In this document: positions 1 through 12,571 of the stretch, one piece after another
Layout of the letters: each line of letters opens with the position of its first letter
How positions within the stretch are numbered: the first letter of the stretch is position 1
Source of the DNA: Eledone cirrhosa
Lineage: Eukaryota
NCBI GenBank assembly: GCA_964016885.1
Contig: OZ024740.1
Coordinates: forward strand, 128,960,001-129,024,000
Length of the DNA stretch: 64,000 nucleotides
Direction: 5' to 3'
Notes under the pieces: model-generated
Databases searched by the model: none
Told to the model about the DNA's origin: nothing
The model's input: the letters and a program-made list of their open reading frames with translations, nothing else
Made by a program: the position numbers and the translations under genes

Positions 1-1409
1 GGGAGGAATGTTACCGCACAGTAACAAAAATCTTAAGAACGGAATTGAATGCAAGGAATAGGATCGATGCCATAAACACGCTTGCCATACTAGTAGTAAC
101 CTACAGTTACAATATCATCAACTGGTCAAGCACAGAGATCTGTAGGCCCGATACGAAAATTCGAAAATTCTTAACCATGCACAGAATGCATCACCCTAAG
201 GCAGATATAGATAGAATATATCTCCCTAGGAAAGAAGGAGGACGTGGATTAATCCAGTTAGGCATTGCGTTGAAAACTGCAACAATTGGATTATCTACAT
301 ATCTAAGGGAATCGCATGATTGGATGATCAAACTCGTTTTGAAACACGAAAGCATCAAAAGATCATATTCCATTACAAAAGATGCACAAAGATACAGTAA
401 TGGACTACCAATTTCAGAAGTCCCATTTACTGCTGAAATGGAATACACAGAAAAAGCAAAGCAGGTAAAAGTAACTGCAAAGAAAGAACTGCTACAGAAA
501 CTGGCTAAGAAATGGCAAGAAAAGCCTCTGTGTGGAAAATACCCAGAGCGAGCTAACAATCCTGATGTTGACAAAACTTTAACCCATCAGTGTTTGGCAT
601 CCTCTGTACTGAAATCGGTGACTGAAGGACTGATTATATCAGCACAAGATCAGTGCCTACCAACAAAAAATTACCAAGCCAACATAATAAATAATGGATG
701 CAGCCCATTATGCCGTGTATGCAAAAAACAACCAGGGACCATTGACCATATAATTTCAACGTGCAGTCCTATAGCTCCAACCGAATACCTAATCAGGCAT
801 GACAAAGCTGCAAAATACATATTGGATAATGTGTAAGCATTTGACCTGCTCCATCAAAAGAATTGGTGGGAGCATCAACCACCTCCCATACTTGAAAAAG
901 ATCACATCTCAATCTTGTGGAACTTTAGCATCCAAACAGACCGAAAAATAGATGCAAATAGACCTGATATAATATTGTAGGACTTTAAAAATGCCTGCTA
1001 ATTGATATGTCTGTTCCAATAGACAAGAATGTATCTATAAAAACATTTGAAAAATTGAGCAAGTATAAGGACCTGGAGATAGAAATTGGAAAAATGTGGA
1101 AATTGAGAACTAAAACAATACCAGTGGTTGTAGGCGCTCTGAGAATGATACATAAGGGGTCTAATGATTACTTATCGCAAATCCCAGGAAACCCGCGTAT
1201 AGGAGAAATACAAAAGATAGTACTAATGGGAACTGCCCATATACTAAGGAATATTCTGTCAATATAAGTACAAGACCAGTCTAAACACTAAAGATGCATG
1301 TGTGAGTATGTATGTTCTTTCTTGAACATGGCGGACCTTGTTGTCTCTTGAGGTCACAGGTTGTGACTTGGTGATAACTCGTATGAACATAAAGCAAGAT
1401 AAATGCAAC
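1..1409 (+). mobile_element. R4/Dong-clade non-LTR retrotransposon, family A, 3' part (RT thumb, CCHC finger, RLE endonuclease, 3' UTR); disrupted
   Basis: ORFs 45-836 and 1007-1267: DRIYLPRKEGGRGL, CRVCKKQPGTIDHIISTC, RHD, RPDII...IDMSVP, KLSKYKDL, IPVVVGAL. Frameshifts/stop between them. Ends in (TAA)n at 1410. Confidence 0.93.
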
Positions 1410-1410
1410 T

Positions 1411-1442
<32 letters not shown>

Positions 1443-1457
1443 TATTATTATTATTTT

Positions 1458-1845
1458 AACTAAAAATAGACTGGAAATAAAGTACAAAACTAGGAGGAAA
1501 CAGCTAAATATTATCATAGAGGAACTGAAGCAACGCATTGAAGCAAAGAGTACAAAAATTAGGCGATACGAGAGCAGAGTCTATCAGTATAGAGAGAACT
1601 GCATGTTTGACAGCAACCAGAAGATGCTGTTTGGACAGCTTGAAGGGAAAGAAAGAGGCAACGACTTGATCCCTGAGGCGGAACAAACTAAGACATTCTG
1701 GAGAGGAATATGGGATCAGGATGTTAAACATAATATCCGGGCAGTGTGGATTGAGACAGTACAAAATGAGATTAGTGAACAGGCACACCAACAGACTGAT
1801 TTGAGTATCACAGTTGAAACTCTTAAGGGGCAGGCCAAACAACTA
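1458..1845 (+). mobile_element. R4/Dong family B internal fragment (pre-RT region)
   Basis: MFDSNQKMLFGQLEGKERGNDLIPEAEQTKTFWRGIW matches the copies at 17150-17540(-) and 57020-57410(+). Confidence 0.9.
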
Positions 1846-2092
1846 AGGGGTCTAATCGCAAATCCCAGGAAACCCGTGTATAGGAGAAATACAAAAGATA
1901 GTACTAATGGGAACTGCCCATATACTAAGGAAGATTCTGTCAATATAAGTACATCACAAGACTAAACACCTAAAGATGCATGTGTGTGTATGTATGTCCT
2001 TTATTGAAATATGGCCGACATTGTTGTCTCTTGATGTCACTGGTTGTGACTTGGTGATAACACGTAAGAACATAAAGCAAGATAAAAGCAAC
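1846..2092 (+). mobile_element. R4/Dong family A extreme 3' end with TAA tail
   Basis: Near copy of 1155-1410 (aaggggtctaat...gcaagataaa), followed by ataataataatag. Confidence 0.9.
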
Positions 2093-2204
2093 TATAATAA
2101 TAATAATAGTGACAATAATAAATTTGAAGACTAAAATACAAAGAGGATTCGATAAGGATAAATATATATCAAATATATATGAACACTACAGCAAATATTT
2201 ATTA

Positions 2205-2329
2205 AAATAACAGATTAAAGTTTAAGCAAATTTTCGTTGCGCTCACCCTTAACGGTATCTTCTGAGTTTCAGAAGATCCTCTTAAGGATGTTAGCAGCGA
2301 TTCTTTGCTTAAACTTTAATTTGTTATTA
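2205..2329. repeat. Imperfect ~125-bp palindrome (hairpin/MITE-like)
   Basis: aataacagattaaagtttaagcaaa pairs with tttgcttaaactttaatttgttatt; centre atcttctga-gtt-tcagaagat. Confidence 0.7.
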
Positions 2330-2331
2330 TA

Positions 2332-2333
<2 letters not shown>

Positions 2334-2429
<96 letters not shown>

Positions 2430-2431
2430 TT

Positions 2432-2481
<50 letters not shown>

Positions 2482-2496
2482 TTATACATACATATA

Positions 2497-2570
<74 letters not shown>
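2334..2570. repeat. (TA)n microsatellite
   Basis: Direct reading. Similar tracts recur at about 5.3, 7.1, 8.0-8.2, 8.9, 9.9, 24.0, 59.8 and 61.7 kb. Confidence 0.98.
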
Positions 2571-2574
<4 letters not shown>

Positions 2575-2884
2575 TAAACGGAATAGAAAATGCTGACAAA
2601 TTGTTCACAGTTGAAAAATGGTTTAATTAGGAATAAAAGAGTATTAGTAATTGTATGGGTTAGTATTCAGTTGTGGTTTTAAGTTTTGAAGTTTTTACCG
2701 GTTGCGCATTTCTAAATGCTTTTCAAAAATAATTTCGAGATAGAGTGTCCGTGTTGTTTGCTCTGATCTGATTAGTTTTGGGAATTCTACCTCTTTTTAT
2801 GTTTAAAAAGTGGCTCCAGCGCTAGTTTGGTGTTGCAAAAATTCTTGTGGTCAAAGCAATTTTGATTGGTCGGTAGAGGTAAAC

Positions 2885-5173
2885 AAAATAACACAAGACA
2901 GGGGGGAAACCGATAGTATTAAAAATTATCAATCTTACTAGTGCAGAACAAACACCCAACCTTATCAACTTACTCTCCAAAGGTCTTAAATTCACACCGA
3001 CCCCACTACGTCCTAACTTCTTTGAAATGAAGGAAGACATCACAGACTTCTGTAGAAAGTTACGACTTAGAGAACAACTATTCGACCAGTACAATGAGGA
3101 TGAATCATTAGCCAGAAATAGAGGCAATTACACCCCTTCAAAAAGTAGGAATAAAATCCTGGACGAATTCTGTGAACACATCACAAACTTCCCTTACCAA
3201 CACTTGCACAGACAAAAACACAAGCCAAACCTCAACAAGAAAGAATGGGAAGAATTAAATAGATTAAAAACCGACAGAACCATTACAATTAAAGAGGCTG
3301 ATAAAGGGAGTACAGTAGTCCTAATGGAGACAGAAATCTATATCAACTTAGCGCTCTCCACTTTGGAAAACGAAACATACTACGAAAAGGCTGAACACTA
3401 CAATCAACAGAAAATTATGAGAAACCTAAAAATTATAATCGACCAATACAAAGAAGGACTCACTAACAAGGAATTCAGCTTCATCACAGACTTCACAAGT
3501 AAATCCAGCCTTTTCTACGGTATCCCTAAAGTACATAAAAGCGAATTAATAAGTAAGGCATGTAAGGAAGCCACAGACATAGTCATAAATGTCCCCTCAC
3601 CCAATGATCTCAAATTAAGACCTATAATAGCAGGCCCCGCTTGCGAAACCCACCGCCTTAGCAACTTCATTGATACGCTTCTCAAACCCTTTCTCAAACA
3701 CATGAAAAGCTATATAAGGGACGACCTAGATATGCTCAATCACCTCCCTAATATGCCACTTTCTGAACAAACCCTACTAGTGACGTTCGATGTAGTCAAC
3801 CTATACTCCAACATCCCCCACAACCTAGGAATAGAAGCTATCCAATTCTGTCTGGATAAATTCCACAATGAACTCCCACAATGCATCAAAAAAGAATTCG
3901 TGATTGAGGGACTCAAATTTATCTTGGAGAACAATTACTTCGTTTTCAATAACAAACCCTACAGGCAGAAATCTGGGACCGCTATGGGAACGAAAACAGT
4001 CCCCACTTATGCCAACCTAGTCATGGGATACCTAGAAATCACCCTCTACACTAAAGTCCTAAACAAATTTGCAAACAACCTCCACTTACACATTGAAAGG
4101 AACTGGAAGCGATATCTAGATGACTGCTTCATCCTTTGGCACGAAAACATCGAAAAACTTAAAGAATTTCACACCCTTATAAATGGGCTCAACACGAATA
4201 TTAACTTCACGATGGAATACAGCCATCAACAACTCCCCTTCCTCGACATCCTCATTAAGATCCATAACAAAAAAATAGAAACAGACATATACTACAAGCC
4301 CACAGACTCCAAGCAACATCTCCCTTTCAACTCTTGACACCCTAGACACGTTAAAATTAATATTCCCTACAACTTAGCCAAGAGAATCTGTACTATAGTC
4401 TCCAATAAAAACACCTGCTACTTACGGCTACAAGAACTAAAGGACACACTCATAGGCAGGGACTACCCTGCATCACTAATTGACAATGGAATCCAACGTG
4501 CCCTAAAACTCAGTACCCAGGACCTTAGACACCCTAAAGTAAATCAACCGAAACTAAAAGCTCTTCCATACATCTCCACACACAAGCCCCTCAACAATGA
4601 GGCCTTTGACACCATCCTCCAGAACATCCCTGTGTTGAAAAAGGACCACAGAATGAACCAAATCCTACGGACACACGATATCATGAAGAGCAAAAGACAA
4701 TCCAAGTCAATGAAATACATCCTAACACATGCCAAAGTACTGCCAACCACAACAACGAAACCCACAGTAAAAAAATGCGATAGACCCAATGTGGCATTTG
4801 CATCAACCTAATAGAGGGTTCGGAATTCTATTTCAAAGAAGGACAACGTTTTATAGTAAAACACAATTTCACATGTGCATCGGAAAATCTAATATATGTA
4901 TTAACTTGCTCAGGTTGTCGAGAACAATACATAGGCCAGACCCAAACTAGCCTCCTCCTACGCATGACTGTCCATAGATCCCAAATTAAAATACGGGAAT
5001 ACAGGAAAATACCACTGAGTGAACACATTGATACCTGTGCCGCCCAAAATGATCCCAACTTCAGAATCTTTCCCCTCTACAAATTTAAAGTTAATGCCAC
5101 CTACACCCAGCGCATCAGCAAGGAATCTTACTTCATTAACAAATACGGACCCCGTCTAAACACTTCTCCCTAA
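2885..5173 (+). pseudogene. PLE polyprotein: reverse transcriptase, Cys linker, GIY-YIG endonuclease; one stop (4335) and one frameshift (~4789)
   Basis: LSKGLKFTP, IKEADKG, PKVHK, LRPII, FDVVNLYSNIP, GTAMGT, WKRYLDD, LPFLD, YYKPTD, S*HP, CDRPxCGIC, NLIYVLTCSGCREQYIGQT. Confidence 0.93.
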
Positions 5174-5299
5174 GACGAACCCACAACATACACACGTCAC
5201 CATACATACCTACATCAGCACACATCTCTACCCACATATAAACACAATGACATACGTAAACACACATGCTCTATGGTGCAACACAAAAAAATATATGTG

Positions 5300-5371
<72 letters not shown>

Positions 5372-5525
5372 ATATATGTATATATATATATAGTGAATAT
5401 CATTTCACACCTTTTATTGTTAATATTTTTGATGTTCTATTAAGAGAACCGATTTTACTGAAAAAATCGAATAATGTACACCATTTTACCAGGGGGAAAA
5501 CAATACTGGTCCACCTACACACACA

Positions 5526-5562
<37 letters not shown>

Positions 5563-5894
5563 ACATACACACGCGTACATTAACATACAAAGAGACTTAT
5601 ACATACACACACACACACGCACACTTCTCCGTATAAGACAAAAGCTGAAAAATATCTTTTGACCTGCTAAAATACCCCCCACTACTTACAGAGACATTCC
5701 TACTGACCATCCCTGCTACCACGAATTACTCTGCTATACACACACACACATACACACACACACACACACACACATACACACACTTATCTTAATAGGTATT
5801 TGACACACATCCCTGCTAACCATTATCACAACATCGAACACCTTACTACTACTACACACACACACACACATTTGTTGTGAAAGAGTCATTTCTC

Positions 5895-6361
5895 AGTCTT
5901 GGCGCAAAATCAATTTTTTATTCACATGACCTCTACCGACCAATCAAAATTGTTTTGACCACAAGAATTTTTGCAAACACCAAGTAGCGCTGGAGCCACT
6001 TTTTTAACATAAAAACAGTCTTGGCGCAAAATCAATTTTTTACATTCACATGACCTCTACCGACCAATCAAAATTGTTTTGACCACAAGAATTTTTGCAA
6101 CACCAAACTAGCGCTGGAGCCACTTTTTTAACATAAAAAGAGGTAGAATTCTCAAAACTAATCAGATTAGAGCAAACAACACGGACACTCTCTCTCAAAT
6201 TTTTTTTGAAAAGCAGTTAGAAATACGCAACCGGTAAAAATTTAAAAACTTAAAACCACAACTGAATACTAACCCATATAATTACTAATACTCTTTTATT
6301 CCTAATTAAACCATTTTTCAACTGTGAACAATTTGTCAGCATGTTCTATTCCGTTTACCAA
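5895..6361 (+). repeat. 3' pseudo-LTR with internal ~120-bp tandem duplication (5895-6015 / 6016-6140)
   Basis: cagtcttggcgcaaaatcaatt...ggagccactttttaacataaaaa occurs twice in tandem. Confidence 0.85.
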
Positions 6362-6460
6362 TATATAATAACTTGTGTGTTACACCTCTATTCTTTTAAC
6401 TATATATATATATATATATATACATTTTTATATATATACATGTATATATATATATATATA

Positions 6461-7055
6461 TGTAAGTATGTATGTATACGTACATACATATATGTATACA
6501 GACGTACAGTAGCATGCATATATATATATATATATATACATATATACATACAGGTACACATACATATATGCACGTATCAGTTTAGCGGACGCTTATTATA
6601 ACGCCGCTTTGTTCATTTGTAAACAAACTGAACAGCCTGAATTTATGCCGTACGGTGTTAAGGCAACCACGTCACCTTTTTGTTAAGGCAACCACGTCAA
6701 CTATCTGGCAGACGGGTATACGGTGCTGATGATAGCTAACAAGCTTGAAACTAGTACATCGTTCTTGTGTCAGTGTTGAACAAAAAGGTGACGTGGTTGC
6801 CTTAACACCGTACGGCATAAATTCAGGCTGTTCAGTTTGTTTACAAATGAACAAAGCGGCGTTATAATAAGCGTCCGCTAAACTGATACGTGCATATATG
6901 TATGTGTACCTGTATGTATATATGTATATATATATATATATATATGCATGCTACTGTACGTCTGTATACATATATGTATGTACGTATACATACATACTTA
7001 CATTTAAGTAAGTGCCGTACTAAGAGTGAGAAATGAAATTTCGTTTTCATTTTAT
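6461..7055 (+). mobile_element. Retrozyme-like repeat family R1, partial monomer (6700-7055) with inverted duplication of one arm (6461-6684 vs 6779-7002)
   Basis: Homologous to 8250-8876 and 24020-24757; contains a hammerhead; no ORF. Confidence 0.75.
6721..6761 (+). ncRNA. Minimal type I hammerhead ribozyme
   Basis: CGGTG-CTGATGA-tAGCT aaca AGCTt-GAAA-CTAG-TA-CATCG. Stem I CGGTG/CATCG, intact core, palindromic ACTAGT stem III, GUA cleavage triplet. Confidence 0.88.
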
Positions 7056-7060
7056 TTCAA

Positions 7061-7131
<71 letters not shown>

Positions 7132-7153
7132 AAATATACATACATACGCACAC

Positions 7154-7210
<57 letters not shown>

Positions 7211-7465
7211 TTGTCATTAGATTCATTTTCTACTGAGGAAAGCACAACAATCAAGATCCTATGCCATGACAGATTGTATATATTAAAAAAAGATGAGGTT
7301 GTAAATTACGGTTTTAATTGATTACACGTAATAACGACCGTATCCCAGATGGGTGGCTGGGGACTTTGAAAATGCTATAGATCCAACTCCAGCTCGATCT
7401 GCTTATCAGACATGTTAATCAAGCCAAATCAAATCTTATCTGACTGTTTTCATATATATATATAT

Positions 7466-7933
7466 ATAGTATAAGAAAACGAAAAATCAGTGATGCATCT
7501 GAACACCCAATGTATTGCGTGTTACAATTATTTCGGTGGCACGGACCTCGAGACATTATCATTGCATGGATCTGTCTGATTCTACCGCTGCAGGTTCCTT
7601 CGGACATGGGTAGTTCGTTGTGAGCAAATTTTCTCAGTGAGAAAATTTGCACCGTGCGAACTACATACATACACAAATATATACATATGTATATATATAT
7701 ATATACGCATGTATATAAGTATATATATATATACGTATGAATATATACTTGCACATTTTCTCACTGATAACATTTGCCCCGAACGAACTACCCATGTCCG
7801 ACGGAAGCTGCAGCCGTAGAATCAGCCAGATCCATGCAGTGATCATGTCTCGAGATAGCTGCCTGCGAAACAATTGTAACACGCATTAAACTGGGTTCAG
7901 ATGCATCACTGATTTTTTGTTTTGTTATACTAT
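7466..7933. repeat. Imperfect inverted repeat (~185-bp arms 7466-7652 / 7750-7933) around a TA-rich spacer; MITE or inverted PLE terminal repeat
   Basis: atagtataagaaaacgaaaaatcagtgatgcatctgaac ... gttcagatgcatcactgattttttgttttgttatactat. Confidence 0.8.
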
Positions 7934-8014
7934 CCACACTCTACTCTGTATGAATATTGAATGCTAATTTTGGCATACCGCCTATGGAAGCACCATAGCT
8001 ACTATTATACACAA

Positions 8015-8056
<42 letters not shown>

Positions 8057-8069
8057 TTGTATGTATGTA

Positions 8070-8160
<91 letters not shown>

Positions 8161-8210
8161 TAAAATAACAGATTAAATCAGGATTCTATGCCATGACATG
8201 AATATATGAA

Positions 8211-8249
<39 letters not shown>

Positions 8250-8254
<5 letters not shown>

Positions 8255-8296
8255 TATGTACACGTACATACATATATCTATACAGACGTACAGTAG

Positions 8297-8332
<36 letters not shown>

Positions 8333-8873
8333 CATGCACACATATATATATATGTACGTATACATATATGTATGTACGTGTACATACTTAGATTTAAGTA
8401 ACAGCCGTACAAAGAGTCGGAAATGAAATTTCGTTTCATTTTTTCCGTTTATCGTTTTCGGTGCACCGGCCGATTAACCCACTCGATATTCAAATAGGGC
8501 TACTCAGCCGTTAATATGCATAAGGTAAGTATATACGTTCAACAATCTGGCAGGAAGGTATACGTTGCTGACGATATTTAATAAGCTTGAAGTTAGTACA
8601 CCGTTCCTTTGTCAGCCTTGAACAAACGAGCTACGATGGTTGCTAGACACTTAGGCTTAATACGGGATGTTTGTTTACAAACACACCGAGCATTATAATA
8701 CATGTTCGGTGAATCCATACGTACATATATATATATGTGTGCATGTATGTATATATATATACATACTACTGTACGGCTGTATACATATATGTACGTACGT
8801 GCTGTACATACTTATATTTAAGTAACAGTCGTACTAAGAGTGTGAAATGAAATTTCGTTTCATTTTTTCCGTT

Positions 8874-8876
<3 letters not shown>
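8250..8876 (+). mobile_element. Retrozyme-like family R1, ~1.4 tandem monomers (period ~423 bp)
   Basis: atttaagtaacag(c/t)cgtac...gaaatgaaatttcgtttcattt repeats at ~8392 and ~8815. Degenerate hammerhead at 8563-8603 (CTGACGA...GAAG TTAG TA CACCG). Confidence 0.75.
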
Positions 8877-8944
<68 letters not shown>

Positions 8945-8965
8945 ATATACATATATATATATATG

Positions 8966-9015
<50 letters not shown>

Positions 9016-9016
<1 letters not shown>

Positions 9017-9886
9017 GAGGTGTGACAGAAAAGTTCCAGCACTGATGTAACAAAAGATTTATTTCAAACCCAAATTTTACACTCAGAGTTTTCTCCTTCA
9101 AATTAATCCTCCTGGAGTAGGTAACTGCAGCGATCGCACTTTCTCTTCATAATTTTACATACATGTCCTCTGTTTCAGGTCGTCAAGCCATGAGCACAGA
9201 GCAACAGACACACTTGAAAACTCGCCAGAAGCACTGGGATTGCTGCAGCAAGTGTATGAAGATGAGACGATGTAACGCTCACGTGATTTCTAGTGGTGCA
9301 AGAGGTTTAAAGTAGGACGCGGGGACATGGAAGATTATCCCAGGAGCGCAAGGCCCTCAACAAACAGGAGTGAGGTCAACGTTGGGCGCGTCAGTCAGAT
9401 GGTGCGTAGTGATCGTCGGCTGACAGTTCGACTGATGGCAAATGAGCTGGGTATGAATCGGGACAACGTCTGGAAGATTCTCACTGAAGATTTGGACATG
9501 CAGAAAATCTGCACGAAGATGGTGCCAAAACTGCTGAACGATGACCAGAAGAGTCGACGCATGCATGTGTGCCAGGACTTCCTCGAGTGCCTTGAAACCG
9601 AACCAGACTTGCTAGGGACAGTCACCATGAGTCACGGATGTTCAAGGTGGTCATCAAGGGGACCCGTTTTAAAGAGGTGGACGACATCAAAAAGGGCCGT
9701 GACGACGGAACTGCGGAAGATCCCGGAAGAATCCTTCCAGTAGTGCATGCAAGCGTGGCAGAAAAGGATGGACAAGTGCATTAGACTCTAGGGGGATTAA
9801 TTTGAAGGAGAAAACTCTTAGTGTGAATTTGGGTTTGAAATATATCTCTTGTGACATTAGTCCTGGAACTTTTCTAACCCACCTCG
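9016..9886 (+). mobile_element. Tc1/mariner DNA transposon, internally deleted, inserted in (TA)n
   Basis: TA-CGAGGTG...CACCTCG-TA termini, ~100-bp TIRs. HTH remnant (EDYPRSARPST, DRRLTVR, KICTKMVPKLL) and C-terminal KCIRL*GD*FEG. Catalytic DDD region mostly missing. Confidence 0.92.
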
Positions 9887-9888
9887 TA

Positions 9889-9974
<86 letters not shown>

Positions 9975-10019
9975 AATTTTGCGAGGTTTTTTATATGAAA
10001 TCGTGTGTCGAAACAAATA

Positions 10020-10870
10020 TTGTTATACTTGGGGAGGGTCATATTTGTGTAATATTGCCAGAATTAATAACAGAACACACTCACTGTTTGGTTGGTTTTC
10101 GCTTCTCGCTTCTGTGTCTTTTATATCGGTAATCTAACTTACTCGGTCCTCAATGTTGCCATTGACTGACCGACGGTCAGAAATAATACAGATACAATAT
10201 AGACACAAACACATATATATAGTTTATCATAAATCTTTCGTTGCACATCTGCAACATCGTCAGTGGTGTTATATTTTCCTCCTGTTGTATTGTATGTCTA
10301 CGCCATTTTTATTCAGTCTGTCTATATATTTATTTGCTTGTTTGTTTATTTTATGTTGTCTTCTTTGCGCATGCGTTTGCGTGTGTGTATAGTGTTTTGT
10401 TTGCTGTGTGATGGGTGAATACTGTGTGTTTATGTGCTTGTTGTTATTGTGCTTGTGTATGTATTTATTTATTTATTTATTTTATTTTATTTACTTATTT
10501 ATACTTCTCTTAGGTCACTTTTGTTTGTTTGGGTGTTGTTGTTATTCCATTCATTCTTTCTGTTTAGTCTTGGCCTTCTAAGTTCTATTTCACTGGCCTC
10601 TCTGATTTGCATATCTGCTGGGTCATTTCTATGTTTAGATATTATTCTAATTTCTATGTTGTCTATGTTACCGTCATGTTGTTGTCTAGCATGTTCGTAT
10701 AGTACTGACCCGGTTGTTCGTCCTTATAGTTTCCCCCAGTGTTGGTCTATCCTTTCACCTATGCTACGAGCTGTCTCACCTATGTATGTTGTTGTCATGT
10801 TTCTGCAAGTACCCTCTGTATATCTTATGCTATAGACTACGTTTCTAGTTTTACAGTTTATCCGGGGGTT
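10020..10870 (-). mobile_element. PLE 3' fragment: GIY-YIG endonuclease remnant (~10545-10870) plus terminal repeat region
   Basis: Minus strand reads TRNVVYSIRYTEGTCRNMTTTYIGETARSIGERIDQH...DPADMQIREASEI...LNRKNEWN. Confidence 0.82.
10227..10266 (-). ncRNA. Minimal type I hammerhead ribozyme (slightly decayed)
   Basis: Minus strand: cca-CTGACGA-tGTTGCA gatg TGCAAC-GAAA-GATT-TA-tga. 6-bp stem II, weak stem I; lies downstream of the GIY-YIG remnant, as expected for a PLE terminal repeat. Confidence 0.75.
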
Positions 10871-12337
10871 CACCTTACGTATGATACAGTGGGTTTTCTT
10901 AAAAGGGTAGGTTTTGCTGATCAGGGATTTTAAAATCCCTGATCAGCAAAACCTAAACAACTTTTTAATATCCTGTCAAATATCTTTCGAATGCGACACT
11001 GAGAGGATGCGAATACATTAAAGATTTCCTTTTTTTATTGTTTGGGATCGCAGAGGAAAATATGTAACACCTAAAAACAGAAGAGAGAGTAGCTATTTCG
11101 ATCTCTGAGATTACATGCACACAGAAAAACATACATATGCACCACCCCCAACACACATGCACACATGCATAAACACGCACGCACAGACACACACACACAC
11201 ATACACGCACACAGATATATATATATATGTATATATTCAAACCTACATATATATAAACGTGCATACTTATAATAATATATATGTATATATTCAAACCTAC
11301 ATATATATAAACGTGCATACTTATAATAATATATAATAATAGAATATTGTGCAAGATAAATCGACATTTCGTTGGATAATTCCAACTCGTGCATTGTGTG
11401 TCTTCCACAGTTGTAGTTACTCTTCTATTCTTTAACATCTTTATCACACATAATACGTGCACGAACAGGTAGACATACATCAATGCATGCAAACACACAC
11501 ACACACCCTAGCACTAGCAGAGAGAAAGAGTGGGATAAATCATTCAGCCACATACACAATACACAGGAACACATGCATTTTCACATTTACACACATTCTA
11601 TCGTCCTCTTCTTTCTCTATCACTCATTTCCACTTACACTTTTATTCTCTAGTTTAACTTAGGAAGGCTTATTGCTTCTAAATAAAATCTGTTTTGTTTT
11701 ATCACTCGTATACTTGTTCACGAATCTAATTTGGCCTTTTGCCACTAAAAGTTCTGCCATTTCGTGCAACCTATCGTCTACTTTGCATGCGTAATAGAAA
11801 GTTCTCTGCGTGTGACTATTTACAAGGTTAGTGGCCTGTTATTCGCCCGTGAAATCTGAAAAGATGAAAACACTATTTCCCGTTAATCATAAATCGAATG
11901 CTTGTAAGTTTGTGGTCTATTATGTTATATTACATCCGAAAACTTCTCTTGTTTTAACACCACACCACAATCAAGTTTAAGTTGATTCTCCTATCGTGAT
12001 GGTATCATTAAGGTCAGCGAACGTTTTACACCAATTCTAGAAGACAAAATTGCATACATTAGTACATATACTTTATTCTGTTCTCTTATACTGAATTTTC
12101 TTTTTCGAAATAAATGACACATCGCATTATAAATAAATAAACCAGATAATGGGCGAATCAAAATGTTGCTCCATTGTTAATTGGCCACCTAGTCATGGCC
12201 GTCAAATCTCCCTGAAATCGATATTTAGCGTCTAAAAATCGAAGTGGTGCATGTTATGATGCAGATCTTCGATAGGTCGTGATGGACACGGTTGTAATGT
12301 CTTACATTCCTAGGCTTTAATTGCATATATTATTATT

Positions 12338-12520
12338 GTGGATTGGCAGTATCGGTAGAGGGTCTGACGCCATGCTTTGCAGCAAAGAGTTACGGCCCTT
12401 GCCATTCTAAGTTCAAATTCCGCCGTGGTTAACTTTGCCTTTCATCCTTATGGGGTCGATAAAATAAAGCACCAGTAATACACTGGCATAATTGCTGGCC
12501 TTGTACCAAAAGTAGAAACA
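12338..12520 (+). mobile_element. tRNA-type SINE with (ATT)n tail
   Basis: A-box-like tggcagtatcgg, B-box gttcaaattc, body actttgcctttcatcct...gtcgataaaataaag; six copies in the window. Confidence 0.88.

Positions 12521-12569
<49 letters not shown>

Positions 12570-12571
<2 letters not shown>

Larger units (their letters stand above)
2571..6361 (+). mobile_element. Penelope-like element (Neptune-type) with inverted pseudo-LTRs
   Basis: 2571-2880 is the reverse complement of 6053-6361. RT + GIY-YIG ORF lies between them. Flanked by TA-rich DNA. Confidence 0.92.

Noticed and set aside
2269-2630. ORFs of poly-YI/CV/HT/I/L here and throughout the window
   Set aside because: Translations of (TA)n, (TG)n and (ATT)n microsatellites; not genes.
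5425-5460. gttct/agaac hairpin preceded by ttgat in the PLE 3' region, as a hammerhead
   Set aside because: Neither CUGANGA nor GAAA is present.
10905-10955. Hairpin taggttttgctgatcagggat-tttaa-aatccctgatcagcaaaaccta as a terminator
   Set aside because: Eukaryotic context; it lies at a PLE truncation point and is best read as a local fold-back duplication.
12338-12425. tRNA gene
   Set aside because: A/B boxes belong to the multi-copy SINE head; no complete cloverleaf.
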